64,000 nucleotides of DNA from Oikopleura dioica (lineage: Eukaryota > Animalia > Chordata): NCBI GenBank assembly GCA_907165135.1, contig OU015568.1:16255208-16319207 (forward strand), read 5' to 3'. A program made the translations under genes and the position numbers. Below the pieces are notes generated by a model, which did no database searches, had not been told where the DNA came from, and saw only the letters and a list, made by a program, of their open reading frames with translations. Positions 40,780-53,530 of the stretch are shown piece by piece (position 1 is the stretch's first letter; every line of letters starts with the position of its first letter).

Positions 40780-42039
40780 GGGATCCCCCCCGTTTTGGCC
40801 ATTTTTGACTCGAAATTCAGCCGATTTGGTTTTACGAATCGGGACGTTCAATCTATTCTCTAGTACAGAGAAATAATTTGCTCAAGGACAACCTACCTCT
40901 AGGAGGCGCTAAAGTTCGAGAAATTCGAAAAAAACGCCATTTTTGAATGGAAATTCAGCAAATTCGGGCTTAGATAGACTCCATCTGAGACAAGATTCAG
41001 GTAGAATGGAGCCTTATCTTCAATCTCTAGTACAGAGAGCCCATTTGTTCAAGTCTTAAGAAAAATTTCTTAAGAACAACCATCTGTAGCTATTTTTGGC
41101 GTTTTTTGGTCATTCATTGCTCTCTAGCGCCAGCAAATGGGCAAAAATTCCTAATGCGGTTATTATATTCTTAATCGGCAGATTCTAAGCTTTCGAAAGA
41201 CCCCTTATATGGCTTATTTAGATGATATAAAAACGAAAACGATCCAATTTTCACGCTAAGTACAATTTATATGCATTTTTGCAATTTTTGAAGGCCGAAA
41301 TGTCGGGGATGGATGTTCGTAAGGGGGTCATGTGACACATCAATTGATCCTCGGAAAACGGGGAATCGAAAAATATCGGATACACGACGTTTAGCACAAA
41401 CCGACGTTTGGAACAAGTACGTTTAGCACAAAGCGACGATTAGAACAATATTCTGAACGTCGTTTTATTCCAGGCGTCGTTTTATTCTAAACGTCGCTTT
41501 TCGCTAAGAATTGCGTAGGCGCTCTCAAAAATTTGATTTGGACTAGAATCAGTTTGAAAACCGACGTTTTACACAAACCGACGAGGTTTTTACTCTTCTG
41601 AGTCATGTTAATATCATTCAAACTCATTTGAGGTTATTCTTATCAGATTTTTTCGGGTTTTTGAATAAGTTACATATTTAAATCACATACATATATGTTA
41701 AATAATATATTTATTCGGTAAAATATATCATAAGATAATCATTATTGATATTATATCGAATTTATACTGTTTATCAAATTAATATTTTGAGGAAAACTCA
41801 GGCAAATAACTTGTTCTCATTTCAATCTAATTCGTTCTGGGCGCCCACGCGTTTCAGACTGAAAAGCGACATTTAGAATAAAACGACGCCTGGAATAAAA
41901 CGACGTTTAGAACAGTGTTCCAGACGTCGCTTTGTTCCAAACGTCGTTTGTTCCAAACGTCGCTTTGTGCTAAACGTCGTGTATCCAAAAATATCAAACA
42001 TAGACCCTTATCAAAGAGTTGAAAAAACAGGGGGATCCC
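40780..42039. mobile_element. TTAA-flanked element with GGGATCCCCC TIR
   Basis: TTAA-GGGATCCCCC ... GGGGGATCCC-TTAA. Confidence 0.8.
41378..41986. mobile_element. Mutator-like MITE nested in the TTAA element
   Basis: TIR GGATACACGACGTTTAGCACAAA; perfect 9-bp TSD AAAAATATC; ~16-bp subterminal repeats. Confidence 0.92.
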
Positions 42040-42089
42040 TTAAAGGTAGTTTAGTTCTGTTGTTTCTAAAGGGCGAACAGGATTATTAA

Positions 42090-42485
42090 CCCGTTAACTG
42101 GGCATCCGATCTTATGCGTTAACGGGCGCGTGGCAGTCTAAAGTCCACGCACCTTTTGGTGTTTTCTGAGAAATATTCGTTTAGGGGTTGAAAATTGAGG
42201 TCAAAGTTACGTCAATTTTCGACGCTGAGATTGGAGAAAAAGGGAAAGAAGGGAAAGGCGGGCGATTTGTATTATTCTTTCCCTTTTTCTCGTTCACTGA
42301 AGTTTTTCTTTCGCTTCTCCCGACCTGAATTTCATGCCGATTTTTTTCAAAATCACACAAACAGATAGAGAATCGATTGAATTTTTAAAAAATACAAAAA
42401 TTTTTGATAAAAACTTGAGTTTCTCCTATCTTATCGCTCTAAAATGGCTGCGTGGCCGTGAGACAGCCACCTGCCTGTTAACGGG
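42090..42485. mobile_element. piggyBac-like MITE
   Basis: TTAA-CCCGTTAAC ... GTTAACGGG-TTAA; abuts another TIR element at ~42491-42806. Confidence 0.8.
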
Positions 42486-43737
42486 TTAACGGGGTAGAAC
42501 TAGGTTTTTCCGAAAGAAACCTAGACCGGCGCTCAAAGCCAGCAAACTATAGATTTTCAAATTTTTTCTTCGTCTATAGTCTATAGACTATAGATAGATC
42601 TATCTTAGATCTAGCAAAGTGAAACACCAACCCATTTCATCGAAAATCCCGATTTTGTCTAATTTTAGACCTCGAATATCTCGAGTCATGTGATTTGCCG
42701 AAAATTTCTAACTCTATTTTTCGAAAAAATTGCGTTATCAAAAACAAAACTTAGTTTTCTCTTGTTTCTAGCGCCAGTCAAAAATCGGAAAAGCTAATTC
42801 TACCCCCTTCATTTTCAGCAGATTCGCAATATATCCACGATTTGCCCTTTTGATGTCCTCCATGATGAGGATCCCTCATAACAAGTTTTTGATGAATCTT
42901 GAGATTGATTTTTTTGCGAATTATTTGTTAATCTAAAAAGCGTACTTTGAAGCAGTGGCTAAACTGTCAATAACGAGCGGCGGAGATGCAATCAAAGTAT
43001 ATGCATATTAAATTATCTGCCAAAGTGGAGTAGATTATTTATATAAAGTCCAATAAAGCTGTCGATTACTTTTCAAATTGATGAGCAATTGTTGTGTTTA
43101 GAAGAAGCGGCGAGTTTTACTGTCAATATTTTATTGGCACTTATCGAATAAAGTTTTGCTTCTTCAGATTTGACGGTTCGGCTTCGTATAAAAGTCTTGA
43201 TTGCTAATGTCTTTCCTAGTGGGCTTGGCAACCTGTGTAGAAAACCTGAGTCAGGCCTTGAAGATCTAAAATGAAAAGCCGCGTAGCGGCTTTTTTTGAA
43301 AAGGAAGCCGCAAAGCGGCTTTGCAACACAGTCACTCTTATGTATTTTAAAATATTGGCTTTGCGGCTTCGTTTTCAAGAAACGGCTTTTCATTTTAGCT
43401 CTTCATAGCCTGTCTCAGGTTGTCTACACAAGATTCTCCACGCACCAAAGCTTTCCTCTCCAAATGCTTTCGCTTCTTTCTTCGAAGCACAGTATCAATA
43501 CTGTCGTGCATTAGTGCGCTTTTAATTACCACAATTCGACTTTTGACCGCGCGCTGACACATTTTCGGCGAGCCGTTGAGTTTAATAAATTCAATCTGGG
43601 AATCGAATTATTTGCTAATGGTTGAATTTGAAGTAAGAGGATCTTCTGTCACTCGGGGTTAAATTAAATGATTAAAGCTGATCCACGAGGTTTGATGCAA
43701 TTAGCACGAATCACTCTTTTTGGAAGTTTTTTTAATA

Positions 43738-43954
43738 AGGGTAGCCATTTTAACGGACGAATTTCTTAAGGATGGGGACATCAAAGAGGATTTTTCCGGG
43801 GGTACTGAATTGTGCCGCCCTGCGCCGCCTTTGGTCGATTGGTTCCGGACCAGGCGGCGCTGGGCGGCGCAGGGCGGCACAATTCAGTACCCCCCGGAAA
43901 ATCCTCTTAGGTGTCCCCATCCTTAAGAAAGTCGTCCGTTAAAATGGTTAACCC
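43738..43954. mobile_element. Palindromic MITE
   Basis: Inverted arms of ~90 bp with a GC-rich centre. Confidence 0.8.
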
Positions 43955-44746
43955 ATATTTCCACTCGTCAAATACAGAAGAAGCAAGAATAAATGAAAAC
44001 TGCTTCTGTGGATAGTAATTCCTTGGCTGATCCTCTATTATTTCATCTATGTAGATTGTTTAATTTCATACTAATGGATTGATGGTAAATGAATCGGATT
44101 TGGGTTTGAGGTCATTTGAGAAATTAAATGATTTTATTTTTGAGTTTATTTGAGCGCTTATCCCGGAGCAGCAGCGAATTAGACAAAATGAATTCAATAA
44201 TCTCGGATATCGCGCTTTAGCAATTGATTTTAACTTGCACCAACAATAGCCGCTGTCTTGCAATGTAAGACTTACTACATTCTTGTCTCGTGACACAATG
44301 CCAGCGATTTTAATAGAGCTCCCTTCATTTGATGTCTATAAAATTAAAAAAAGGATATCACCTATTTTTAAGTAAAGAGCCTAGAGCTGAATGATCCGTT
44401 AAAAGGGTCCCCTCTGGAAGAATAGAAAATCCTTTATATAGGGGACATCCTTGAGGAACCCTAACCCTAACCCTAGATCTAATCCTGCTCTAACCCTAAC
44501 CCTAACCCCCCCCATTTACTAAGTGCCTCTTCAGATCCGAATTTCACTATTGCTGATAATAAGTTGTATTTTCTTTGTGAGAGTGTTTTTCGTTAATCCC
44601 GGCTTATCGGAATGTTATTCGCCGAGTCCCCTCTCTGGTGGCGCTGTTCTGTTCTCGCCCGAGGGGTGAGCGCCCACCTTTATAAGGCGTGAATTGATGA
44701 TTTTATTCCGACATTATCATTTTAATACGCCGATATTTTTGCGACA

Positions 44747-46149
44747 ATGGTAAGTGATGGAAACAAATAACAGGTTAAAATTTTTAATAGGCTCAGCAGA
44801 CGATTCCAGAACAAGAGAAAACTCAGGAGATTCTTGACGAGACGGAAAAGACTCATTCTATTTCTAGCATTCTTCTCAAGCCAAGCAAAAGTAAGTTCAT
44901 TTCTATCATATTTTTGCTAGTTCAAAAATTTTAGCTGAGGAGCAACTTATTCTTGCCGAAGAGCCGAAGAAAAAGCACCGTCGAAATCGCACAACTTTCA
45001 CAACTTTCCAACTTCACGAGCTTGAACGAGCTTTTGAAAAGTCTCATTACCCAGATGTCTACGCTCGAGAAGAACTCGCTAGTAAAATTAGTCTACCGGA
45101 AGTACGAGTGCAGGTAAACTCGAATACGCAATAAAAGAGCTGAATCAGACTTAGGTTTGGTTCCAAAATCGTCGAGCAAAATGGCGCAGACAAGAAAAAG
45201 TTGACTTGACTAATCCGTCTGAAGTGGCTTCTTCGCCAGACTCGGCCAAATCCAGGTAATTGCAAGTTTTTCAAAATTTTTAGCAAATAAATTGTCTTGC
45301 GCATTATTGATGCTGAGTAAAAAAGCGGGCAAAACCACAAAGTGGCTAGAAATTAGTGCTCTTGCTTGAACTTGAATACTGGGCTCGCCAACCTAAGAAG
45401 AAAACCTGAGTCAGGATCCGTATAGAGATTGCAGACCCTGACTCAGGTTCTCTACCCCAAAATTAGATAGATTTTTTATATAAAAATCAGTAAAGCTGAT
45501 CAACTCCACGGCTAATTGAATAATTAAGCATTGGTTCCCTTGACCCGTGGCTGTCATCCCGCTCATCCTTCGCCCTCCCGCTGCTTTCGGTAACTTCTTT
45601 CAAGTATTTCTGCAATTGCTTGACAGTAATTGATTCAGACAGGCCTCTTTGGCAATCCGATAATGCACAACCGCAGCTACTTCAATCTCCCCTCCGTATC
45701 CTCGGCCATTCAAAATTCCTTCTACAACTCTCAGGCGCACCTGTTTCCGGCGATTTCTCAGACTTCAGCCCTTCAGGGAAATAATTCTTCTCCAGAGCCT
45801 GGAAATGAAAATAATCCCAAATCCATTGATCAGGCTATTTTGCCTTTGAATTATTCAGGTACGAATTTTTATAATTCTCGGAATATTTGATCTCTTCTCC
45901 TTGGCTCGTAAACCTGTGTCGAGAACCTGAGTCAGGGTCTGAAAGATCTTGAATGAAAAGCCGCAAAGCGGCTTTTTTTTAAAACGAAGCCGCAAAGCGG
46001 CTTCGCGTCGATGTCATTTTGATCTATTTTCAAATTTTGGCGATCTTTCAGATCCTGACTCAGGTTTTCTACAAAAGTTGCCTAGCTAAAACTAAGGAAA
46101 ATATTCAGGAATAGCCGATGCATCAGCTGCTCCAACTGCTTCGCTGTAA
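44747..46149 (+). CDS. Rax: Retinal homeobox protein Rx/Rax
   Basis: Octapeptide HSISSILL; homeodomain [49 protein letters not shown]|[15 protein letters not shown]; LDPWL motif. Confidence 0.93.
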
Positions 46150-46267
46150 AATGAACCATCTTTGTTCAACTCTTTTTTTTTTCATTTATTTTGTAGTAAA
46201 AATTGAAAGTTTTAAAAAGTAATTGCAAACAGTTTATTTTGTTGATTATTTCGATCATGATTCAAGA

Positions 46268-47574
46268 TTATCGAATCTTGATCTTTCCAACTCTGTGTTT
46301 TGCTTTTCCAGAGCTGATCATCAAATCGTTGACTCGGTGTCGCAGGGTGTTCAGAGTGTACTTGTCGTTTTCCGCCTTGACGGTCAGGTCGTAGCGGTCT
46401 TCCTCCAGCTGGCGGACCCTAAATGCGATCATCGCTGTTTAAAAGAGGTATTTCTTACCAGTTGTACATCTCTTTGCACTTTTCCATCAGTTTTTCCTTG
46501 TTCAAATGATCAATGTTCAGCGGCTTTCGACGCTCAGCCAGAGCTTTTCGCTTGGCATCGCGCGCAGTTGTTCTGAGAAGAAGAGTGTTCTCTTCGTTGA
46601 TTTCTTAGATTTCTTACCTTTTGCCCTGGCGTCTGCGATCCATGTGAGTGTTGAGCATGGCCATTGACGCCATGAGCTCCTTTTTGCGAGCTTCTTCGGC
46701 TTCGTGTTTTTCCCTGATTGCTCGCTCTCGCGCTTCTTTTTCGTTCTGAAAGAATTTTTTTTCACCTGCATTTTCCCCTCAAAGTTGTACCTTTTCTCGC
46801 TCCTGACGTTCTTTTTCTTTCTTTTGCCGCTCAATCAGCTGTTTTGCCCGCATTTCTTTCCGTTTCTCAATTCGCTCCCTACATTCGTTTTCATCTGATG
46901 AATTTAAAAATGTCTTACTTTAGGTTGTTGAGTTCAATTTCTTCCTGTTTTCGCTGCTCGAAATGCCGGTTGATCATTTCCTGTAAATCGCAAAGATCCT
47001 TTTCGGCCTTTTTTCTTGTTATGTCCGAGATGTCCATTCCCTAAAAGAGAAAGGTTAAAACGCTGCTGGGTCTGGTGAAGCTTACCGCTTGAGATTTGAC
47101 GTTGGATTGAGAAGACATGCTTCTGCTCATTCCTCGCCCCATTGTTGGAATATTGAGTCCTTTTGGCGGCTCTGGATTTACATCAAGTTCGTCCAGAGCG
47201 ATGTCTTCCTCGCTCTCATCCTCCTCTTCCTCTGCTTTTTCCTCTTGCTCTTGTTGGATTTGGCGACCTCGTGACTCAGTTGAATTTTCGTCTTCCTCTT
47301 CTTCTTCCTCCTTTTCCTCGTCGCTGGAATCGCGATCTTCAGTGGCTTGTTTTCTGATGATTCGTGGAGGCTCCATTACCGGCTCTCTGAAAATTTAAAA
47401 TCCAAAATCTGATTGAAGCACTGAAAGAAAATTTACCTGTTGTAAGGATTCTCAACCTGAGCCACTTCTACTTCTTCTTCTTCGTCTTCCGAGGACGAGT
47501 AATAACGAGACGCATACCTTGAAAAATAAGCTCAAACTCTTGATCAAGAGTTTAAAATCAAACCTGCTAGCCAT
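46268..47574 (-). CDS. TNNT: Troponin T-like
   Basis: Acidic N-terminus; [35 protein letters not shown]; [11 protein letters not shown]; [12 protein letters not shown]. Confidence 0.88.
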
Positions 47575-47872
47575 GTTTCTCTTGTTCACAAATTTTTTGA
47601 ATGAAACTCGCAAAGGACTTTTTTGTCGACCGAGTTTTATCAACTGTCCCTGGCTTTGCAAGTCACATGATAACAGATCGAAATAGTCAGCTGGACTCGA
47701 TTTTCTATTTTTTACAAAGGAACGAGGAAAATATTTATTTTCATAAGAAACAGGAGATTTGTATTATTTTTTGCTGAAATTTAGTTTTTATTTAGTATTT
47801 AGTTTTGACGAAATTTTTGTTATAAAAGACCAACCGATCAGAAGTTTATGAGTCGAACCAGTTTAATTTTAT

Positions 47873-50800
47873 TTACAGAAAATAAACATTAAATCTTACA
47901 CCACGAAAAGCAGTTTCCCTTCGTAGTATTATCTCAAAATTCGGCCACCTATAGCCGAATTATTCGTCAATATTTTCAATAATTCTGAATGAAAAATTCG
48001 GCCAAATTGACCGAATTATTGGGCGGATTCTACAAAGTATTTTGGTGAAAAATTCGGCCAGTGAAATTCTCCGTGGACAGTCATTTTTCTTTTTTGAGGG
48101 CTTTCGCAATCGCTATGAATGCTTGTTATCAATTCTGATAATTTGATTTTTTAGGACAATAACCGGACTTATCATTACCACAAGAATTCCGGTCGACCTC
48201 TTTCTAATAGCAACTGGTCTGTGGCGCAGACTCTGCGCGGTAAGAGCTAGTTGCAGTTCCCCAGGACTTTTTTTGATAAGAAAATTAAGATCGTAGTATT
48301 CGCTAAAATAAAGGTTAGGGTTAGGGGGCACCTGCAAAAATGACGGAACAAATTACTCGAGGGGGAAAGGCCTTCGGTAACCCTAACTAACCCTAGACTA
48401 GACCCCGGCATCTTAGGACCGAAGGGGCGGAGCCCCGAGGTTAGGAACCATTAGATTGGATACTTTTTACTGATAAAATGGAGACTCTTAATAAACGAGT
48501 GGCTTTATAGGGGCGCGGCCTTTACTCTTGGGGGCCGAATTTTTCATCCAAAAAATCCTTCAATTTCGGTCGAAAAATTCGGCCAGAGTGGCCGAATTAT
48601 TCATTCAAAATATGAGTATATGAAAATTCGGCATTTGGCCGAATTTTGAGATCATACTACCTTTCCATTTTGTATTTGATAGTTTGTCGCTCTCCATCCG
48701 CCGCGCTTTCAATTTCTTGTCGATTCCGCTCTTCTCCGGTCTCATAACTAATTTCTTGCGCGACAGCTTTGAATCTTCCGCCGCCTTCTGAAATAAATTT
48801 TTAAAAATTGAAATTTTAATTTTCTACCTTTTTCCAGATTGATAAGTGATAGTACCGACCATCTCCTCCATTCCATTGAACAGCAGTTTTGAATTGCAAG
48901 TGCCATCCTGCTTCGGCGACCTCCCAATTAACACACCAATCAAACTTGTCGGAGAGTTTTTCGAAATTCTTTTTCGCTTTAAAAAATTAAAAACTCTCTT
49001 TCCTTGAGATTTATCTTTTTTCTCGAAGAGCCAACAGCTTCAGCACGTTTCGCAATTCTTCTTTTTCATTCCATCTCTAACTCCACCACAAGAAATCATT
49101 TTATCATCCCCAAAGAACTCGCCCGCTCCACCAATCGCGCCCAACTCCTCCCTCAGTTTCTCCAGTTCGCCATTTTTGGTTCAACCCTTTTTCTTCATTT
49201 TCAGCAATCGGCTGATAGTTTCTTCGCTGTTCTTTCAATCCTCGCCCAAATCTCTCAATTTCCTTTTTCTGATTTTCATTTTCCCGTCGATTTCTTTCCT
49301 TTTCTTCTTTCAAAATCGAGTGGAGCCGTTCAATTTCCCGTTTTGCTTTTTGCATTTCATTTTCTCGTTTTTTCATTTCAGCTTCGTTTCGCTAAATTTC
49401 TAATAAAAAAGGGAATTGATCTTTTTCTCACCATTTTGAGGTCGTCGATGATTTTCCTAGAATATTCAAAATTCTGCTCAAGCTCCGAATTCAATTTCTT
49501 CATTTTCGCCAGTTCTCGCTTTAAATTTCCGTTTTCTTCGTTCTGTTGCTCGTTTTTCTTAAAAATTTTAATAAGTTTCATAAAATCAAATTTAGCATGT
49601 TGATGAAGAGTCGATTGAAAAAGCTAAAAAACTAACTCGATTTTGCAGCGCGATTTGTTCATCCTTTTTCTTTGCTTGTTCTCTGAGTCGATATTCCATG
49701 ATTTCGTTGAAAGTGTCAAGTCGGCTCCGCAATTCTTGAATCATCCTGTCTTTTTGCACAATCTCTCCCTTGAGTCGTTCAACCTCGTCATTTTCGTTTG
49801 GAAAGGGAGGAGGAACGATGCTGCTCGCTCGGTCGCCATTTTCGATCCGCTGCAAGAAATCAACGAAGATAGCTTCATTTCGTAGCTCAATCGCGTTTCT
49901 CGGCCGTCTTGTTCGATCAACTCTCGTGCATTTTTCGATGAGAGTTTCGAACTCTTCAACTTCGTCCGTTTCGCCGAGCATTTCAAAGAGCGATGTTCTT
50001 TTGCCAGTTTGAATATTCGTCACTAAAATGTTACTGTTCAAAATTTAATTTTCCTGAAAACTTACGAATTTCAAGAAACAGAGCAGGATGGCCCTCAATT
50101 CGAGCGAATGGATGTTCCAGTGTTATGATTTCCTTCAAATAGTGTGTTATTTGATAATAAATCTTTTGAATGAGAACCTGAATAATCAGAGCAAAGCCCC
50201 AAACATCCAATGTAGGATGTTTCTTCGCAGTTTCGTCCGGGCTGTTGATTTCTAAAAAATGTTATATTTAGTCGTTTCAAGTAGCTTACCTGGAGCAGCG
50301 TAAAGAGGCGTGGACTTGATACCTTCCCCACTCGTAGTTGTCATAGTTTGTTGGATCGATCGCACTGTTAGGGCGCTTCCAAAGTCTCCGATCTTCACCT
50401 GAACATTTGTATATTTTATGCTTTCTGAGCTGTTTGCTTACGGTTATGTTATCGCCAAAAATGAATATATTGGCGGGTTTGAGGTCCAGATGGACCTTGT
50501 TCTTGCCGTGGCAGTAGCTCAGACCGGAAATGATCTGAGCGCCAATGATTCTCGCCTCGTCCATCGTTGTTCTTCGCCCGGTTCCCTTCATCTTCTCGAT
50601 CCAGTCGACCAGGCTTCCGCCAGCGCAGTGTTCCATGATGATGAAACTCATCGCTCCGAATTCAGCCCAGTCCGGTGTTTGCCGATCGAGAAAGTCGATA
50701 AATCGGACCACATTCGCGTGATCTAAAATTTTTTTAATGAAATTCGCTAGACAGAACTTTGGATAAACGATTTAATAGCTTGGTGCTTGCCCAAAATTCC

Positions 50801-51173
50801 CTAAGTTTAGGGTTAGGGTTAGGGTAAAAGGCCCAATTCTTCAAGCCCTAAGTTACGGCCGCCTGAGGCTGCGGCCCGCCTCTATTTACCTTATTCGTGC
50901 AAGGGTAAATGATTAACTCACCAAGCTCTCGCAGAGTAGCCGCCTCTTGCTGGGTGCTTTTCCAATGGCTTGCATTTTGAAGCAGAATTGCCTTGACGAT
51001 CACCGTCTCTCCTGTCGCCGTGTCCAAAGCTTCCGTCACTCCTTGATTCGTTTCGAATCGAGCAACGTCGATGTTCGCATATCTTCCGTCTTTCTTTCAA
51101 AAAGTTACAAAATCAAATCTAATAACCTAAATAATCTAAAACGTTTGTAACCGTAGCAGACTCTGAATCATTA
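47873..51173 (-). CDS. Divergent Ser/Thr kinase + coiled coil + C-terminal beta-rich domain
   Basis: VIVK, HANVVRF, MEHCAGGSL, HLDLKPAN, GDFG, TPLYAAPE; K/E-rich coiled coil; start codon uncertain. Confidence 0.75.
47923..48660. mobile_element. MITE forming the last intron of the kinase gene
   Basis: TIR GTAGTAT(T/G)ATCTCAAAATTCGGCCA; AATTCGGCC subterminal repeats. Confidence 0.85.
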
Positions 51174-51408
51174 TTGCCGATCAAAAATTCTTTTTGCTAA
51201 AAGAATAAACCGTTTCTCTAACGACAGATTTTACTGTGTTAGAAAAGAGCGAGTGATTCTGCTGCTGCATGCGCTTCCTGCAAATATTTGCCTGTTTGGT
51301 TGTGCTGACAATTTTGGTTCGATTCGGATTGGATTTTTCAAAGACCTGGTATTTTAGTGGTCAAAAATACGGAGACTTTTATGCCCAAAACAGTCATTTT
51401 TACACACG

Positions 51409-52046
51409 GATGATTTCAAAAAACTTTTGTGGGGCCGGAAATCGTAAAAAACTGCAAGTGCAGTTTTCTTCAGCTCTTCGAGACGAGTTGAATGATGGGT
51501 CTAACTCTGGATAACTCTAAGGATTTACCGGTTTACCGGCTGGTTACGGGAAAATACGTTGTCACCCGCCGTTTTTGTTCTAGAACTGATAAACAGATGA
51601 TCGACCCCGGAAATTGTTCCTTATAGTCAGTTCTACTCTAGGCTAAAAGATGAGAGTCGTATCATAACTCCGAAGAGAGTTATTACTAAAATACTATTTC
51701 TGGCGGAAATGGGACTAGAAATCAGGAACGTGCAGCGACAACGAAATTTATGCAAAATTTACTGTTTTTAGTGATAACTCTCTTCGGAGTTATGATACGA
51801 CTCTCATCTTTTAGCCTAGAGTAGAACTGACTATAAGGAACAATTTCCGGGGTCGATCATCTGTTTATCAGTTCTAGAACAAAAACGGCGGGTGACAACG
51901 TATTTTCCCGTAACCAGCCGGTAAACCGGTAAATCCTTAGAGTTATCCAGAGTTAGACCCATCATTCAACTCGTCTCGAAGAGCTGAAGAAAACTGCACT
52001 TGCAGTTTTTACGATTTCCGGCCACACAAAAGTTTTTGAAATCATC
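51409..52046. mobile_element. Young foldback MITE with GAT...ATC termini
   Basis: Near-perfect inverted arms of ~280 bp; no clear TSD. Confidence 0.88.
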
Positions 52047-52307
52047 GTCGGCTAGTGAGGCACCCCCAGTACTGATTCGCCTTCAGGTTTCCTATAGCCT
52101 ATAAGTTATAGGAAATGATAGTCCTTTTCAAATATTGACTTCGGTAGAAAAGGGAGTGCCTCCAAACGTATCAATTTTATTTATTTTTCCTCATACGTTC
52201 GCTGAGCCAATCGATAGATCTACTTGAGTGAACCAGAGCGTAAACATAAAATTGAAAACAATCGATAACTTCCATTTTTTAACGCCCAGAATCGTAAAGA
52301 AAGAAAG

Positions 52308-53339
52308 ATGAACAGAGAATTACAACTACGAGAAGTGCAATTTCTCGCCATCGTTGAATATTTCGACGATGACGATGACTCTACAGCCGAATTTGTCAAA
52401 TTTTGTGCGATGAGCAGCGACGCTTTCAAAGAAAACCTCCGATCAGCGATTCGGGCGAAATTCAGAATCGACATTTTTGGCGGGGTTTTTGACGTGTTCT
52501 ATTTGGACGACAAGACTGAAGTGAAGTTGAACTTGCTGGGCGACGTCAGCGATTTCTTGCTTTGGATCGGGTGTTTCTTTGATGATCAGCTTTTGCACTT
52601 GACTTTCAAGCTGCGACTAGTCGTTCGGAAGAAAAAGGCCTTTCGAAGGACATCTCAGCAAGGAATGACGATTCAACAAGCCCCAGCCCCGGCAATTTCC
52701 CTTCCTACTTTTCTTCCGCCATCGACGGTATCTGAAACCAGACCAGTGGAAAATCGAAAACAAGAAGAAGTCAAATCAAAACCTCCAATTTCAAACAGGT
52801 TTGAAAGAAATCAGTAGTTCTCAGAACAAGAAAAGACTCATCCTTATTCTCCTTTTAGTCCCTTATTCAATCCGCCATCAAGAGAATCGGAAAAAGCCGC
52901 ATCTCAAAAATCCTCGAATGATTCCGACGAGGACATGGAAATAGCCCTGCAGCCAGTGGAGCCGAAAAGATCGGTCTTTCGATCAAGAAAAGTAAGTCAC
53001 CGAAGTCATCCTTTTTCGAAACACTTTACAAGAGGCAGGCACGGATGAGTCGAAGTTGATCTTGATCAAAAACGAGCTGAAGCAAGTCGAAGAACTGGAA
53101 AATGTCGACCTCCCAGATGATCTGCTAGAAATGATAAATGCAGCTACAAACGGAGATATGGAAAGAGTAAACGCAATCAGGCAATTCCTCGACCTCGAAG
53201 ATGAGCCGGCAAGTTTCTTCCAACAAGCCAATTTATCCGTAATAAATAACAATTTTAGCTTCCCTTCACTATTTTTTAGGCTCTGCTAGAGACCTTCCAG
53301 AAATGTGACTGGGATCTTGACCGTGTTATGGAGGAATGA
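52308..53339 (+). CDS. PB1-like N-terminus + UBA-like C-terminus protein
   Basis: VFYLDDKTEVKLNLLGDVSDF resembles a PB1 acidic motif; ALLETFQKCDWDLDRVM resembles a UBA helix; last intron is GC-AG (GCAAGT). Confidence 0.5.
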
Positions 53340-53530
53340 TCAAATTGGAGACTTTTACCACCGAACTACCAATATTTTATCATTTCTCTGTACAGTTTTT
53401 ATGTTTTGACCAAATATTAAGCGTTTCAATTCTTCAAAATTCGCGTAATATTTATTCACCTTGCATTCGTCCTAGCTTGATGGCTTTAAAGTCAGCTCCA
53501 TATTCGCATCTAAGTCATTTTGGCCGAAAA

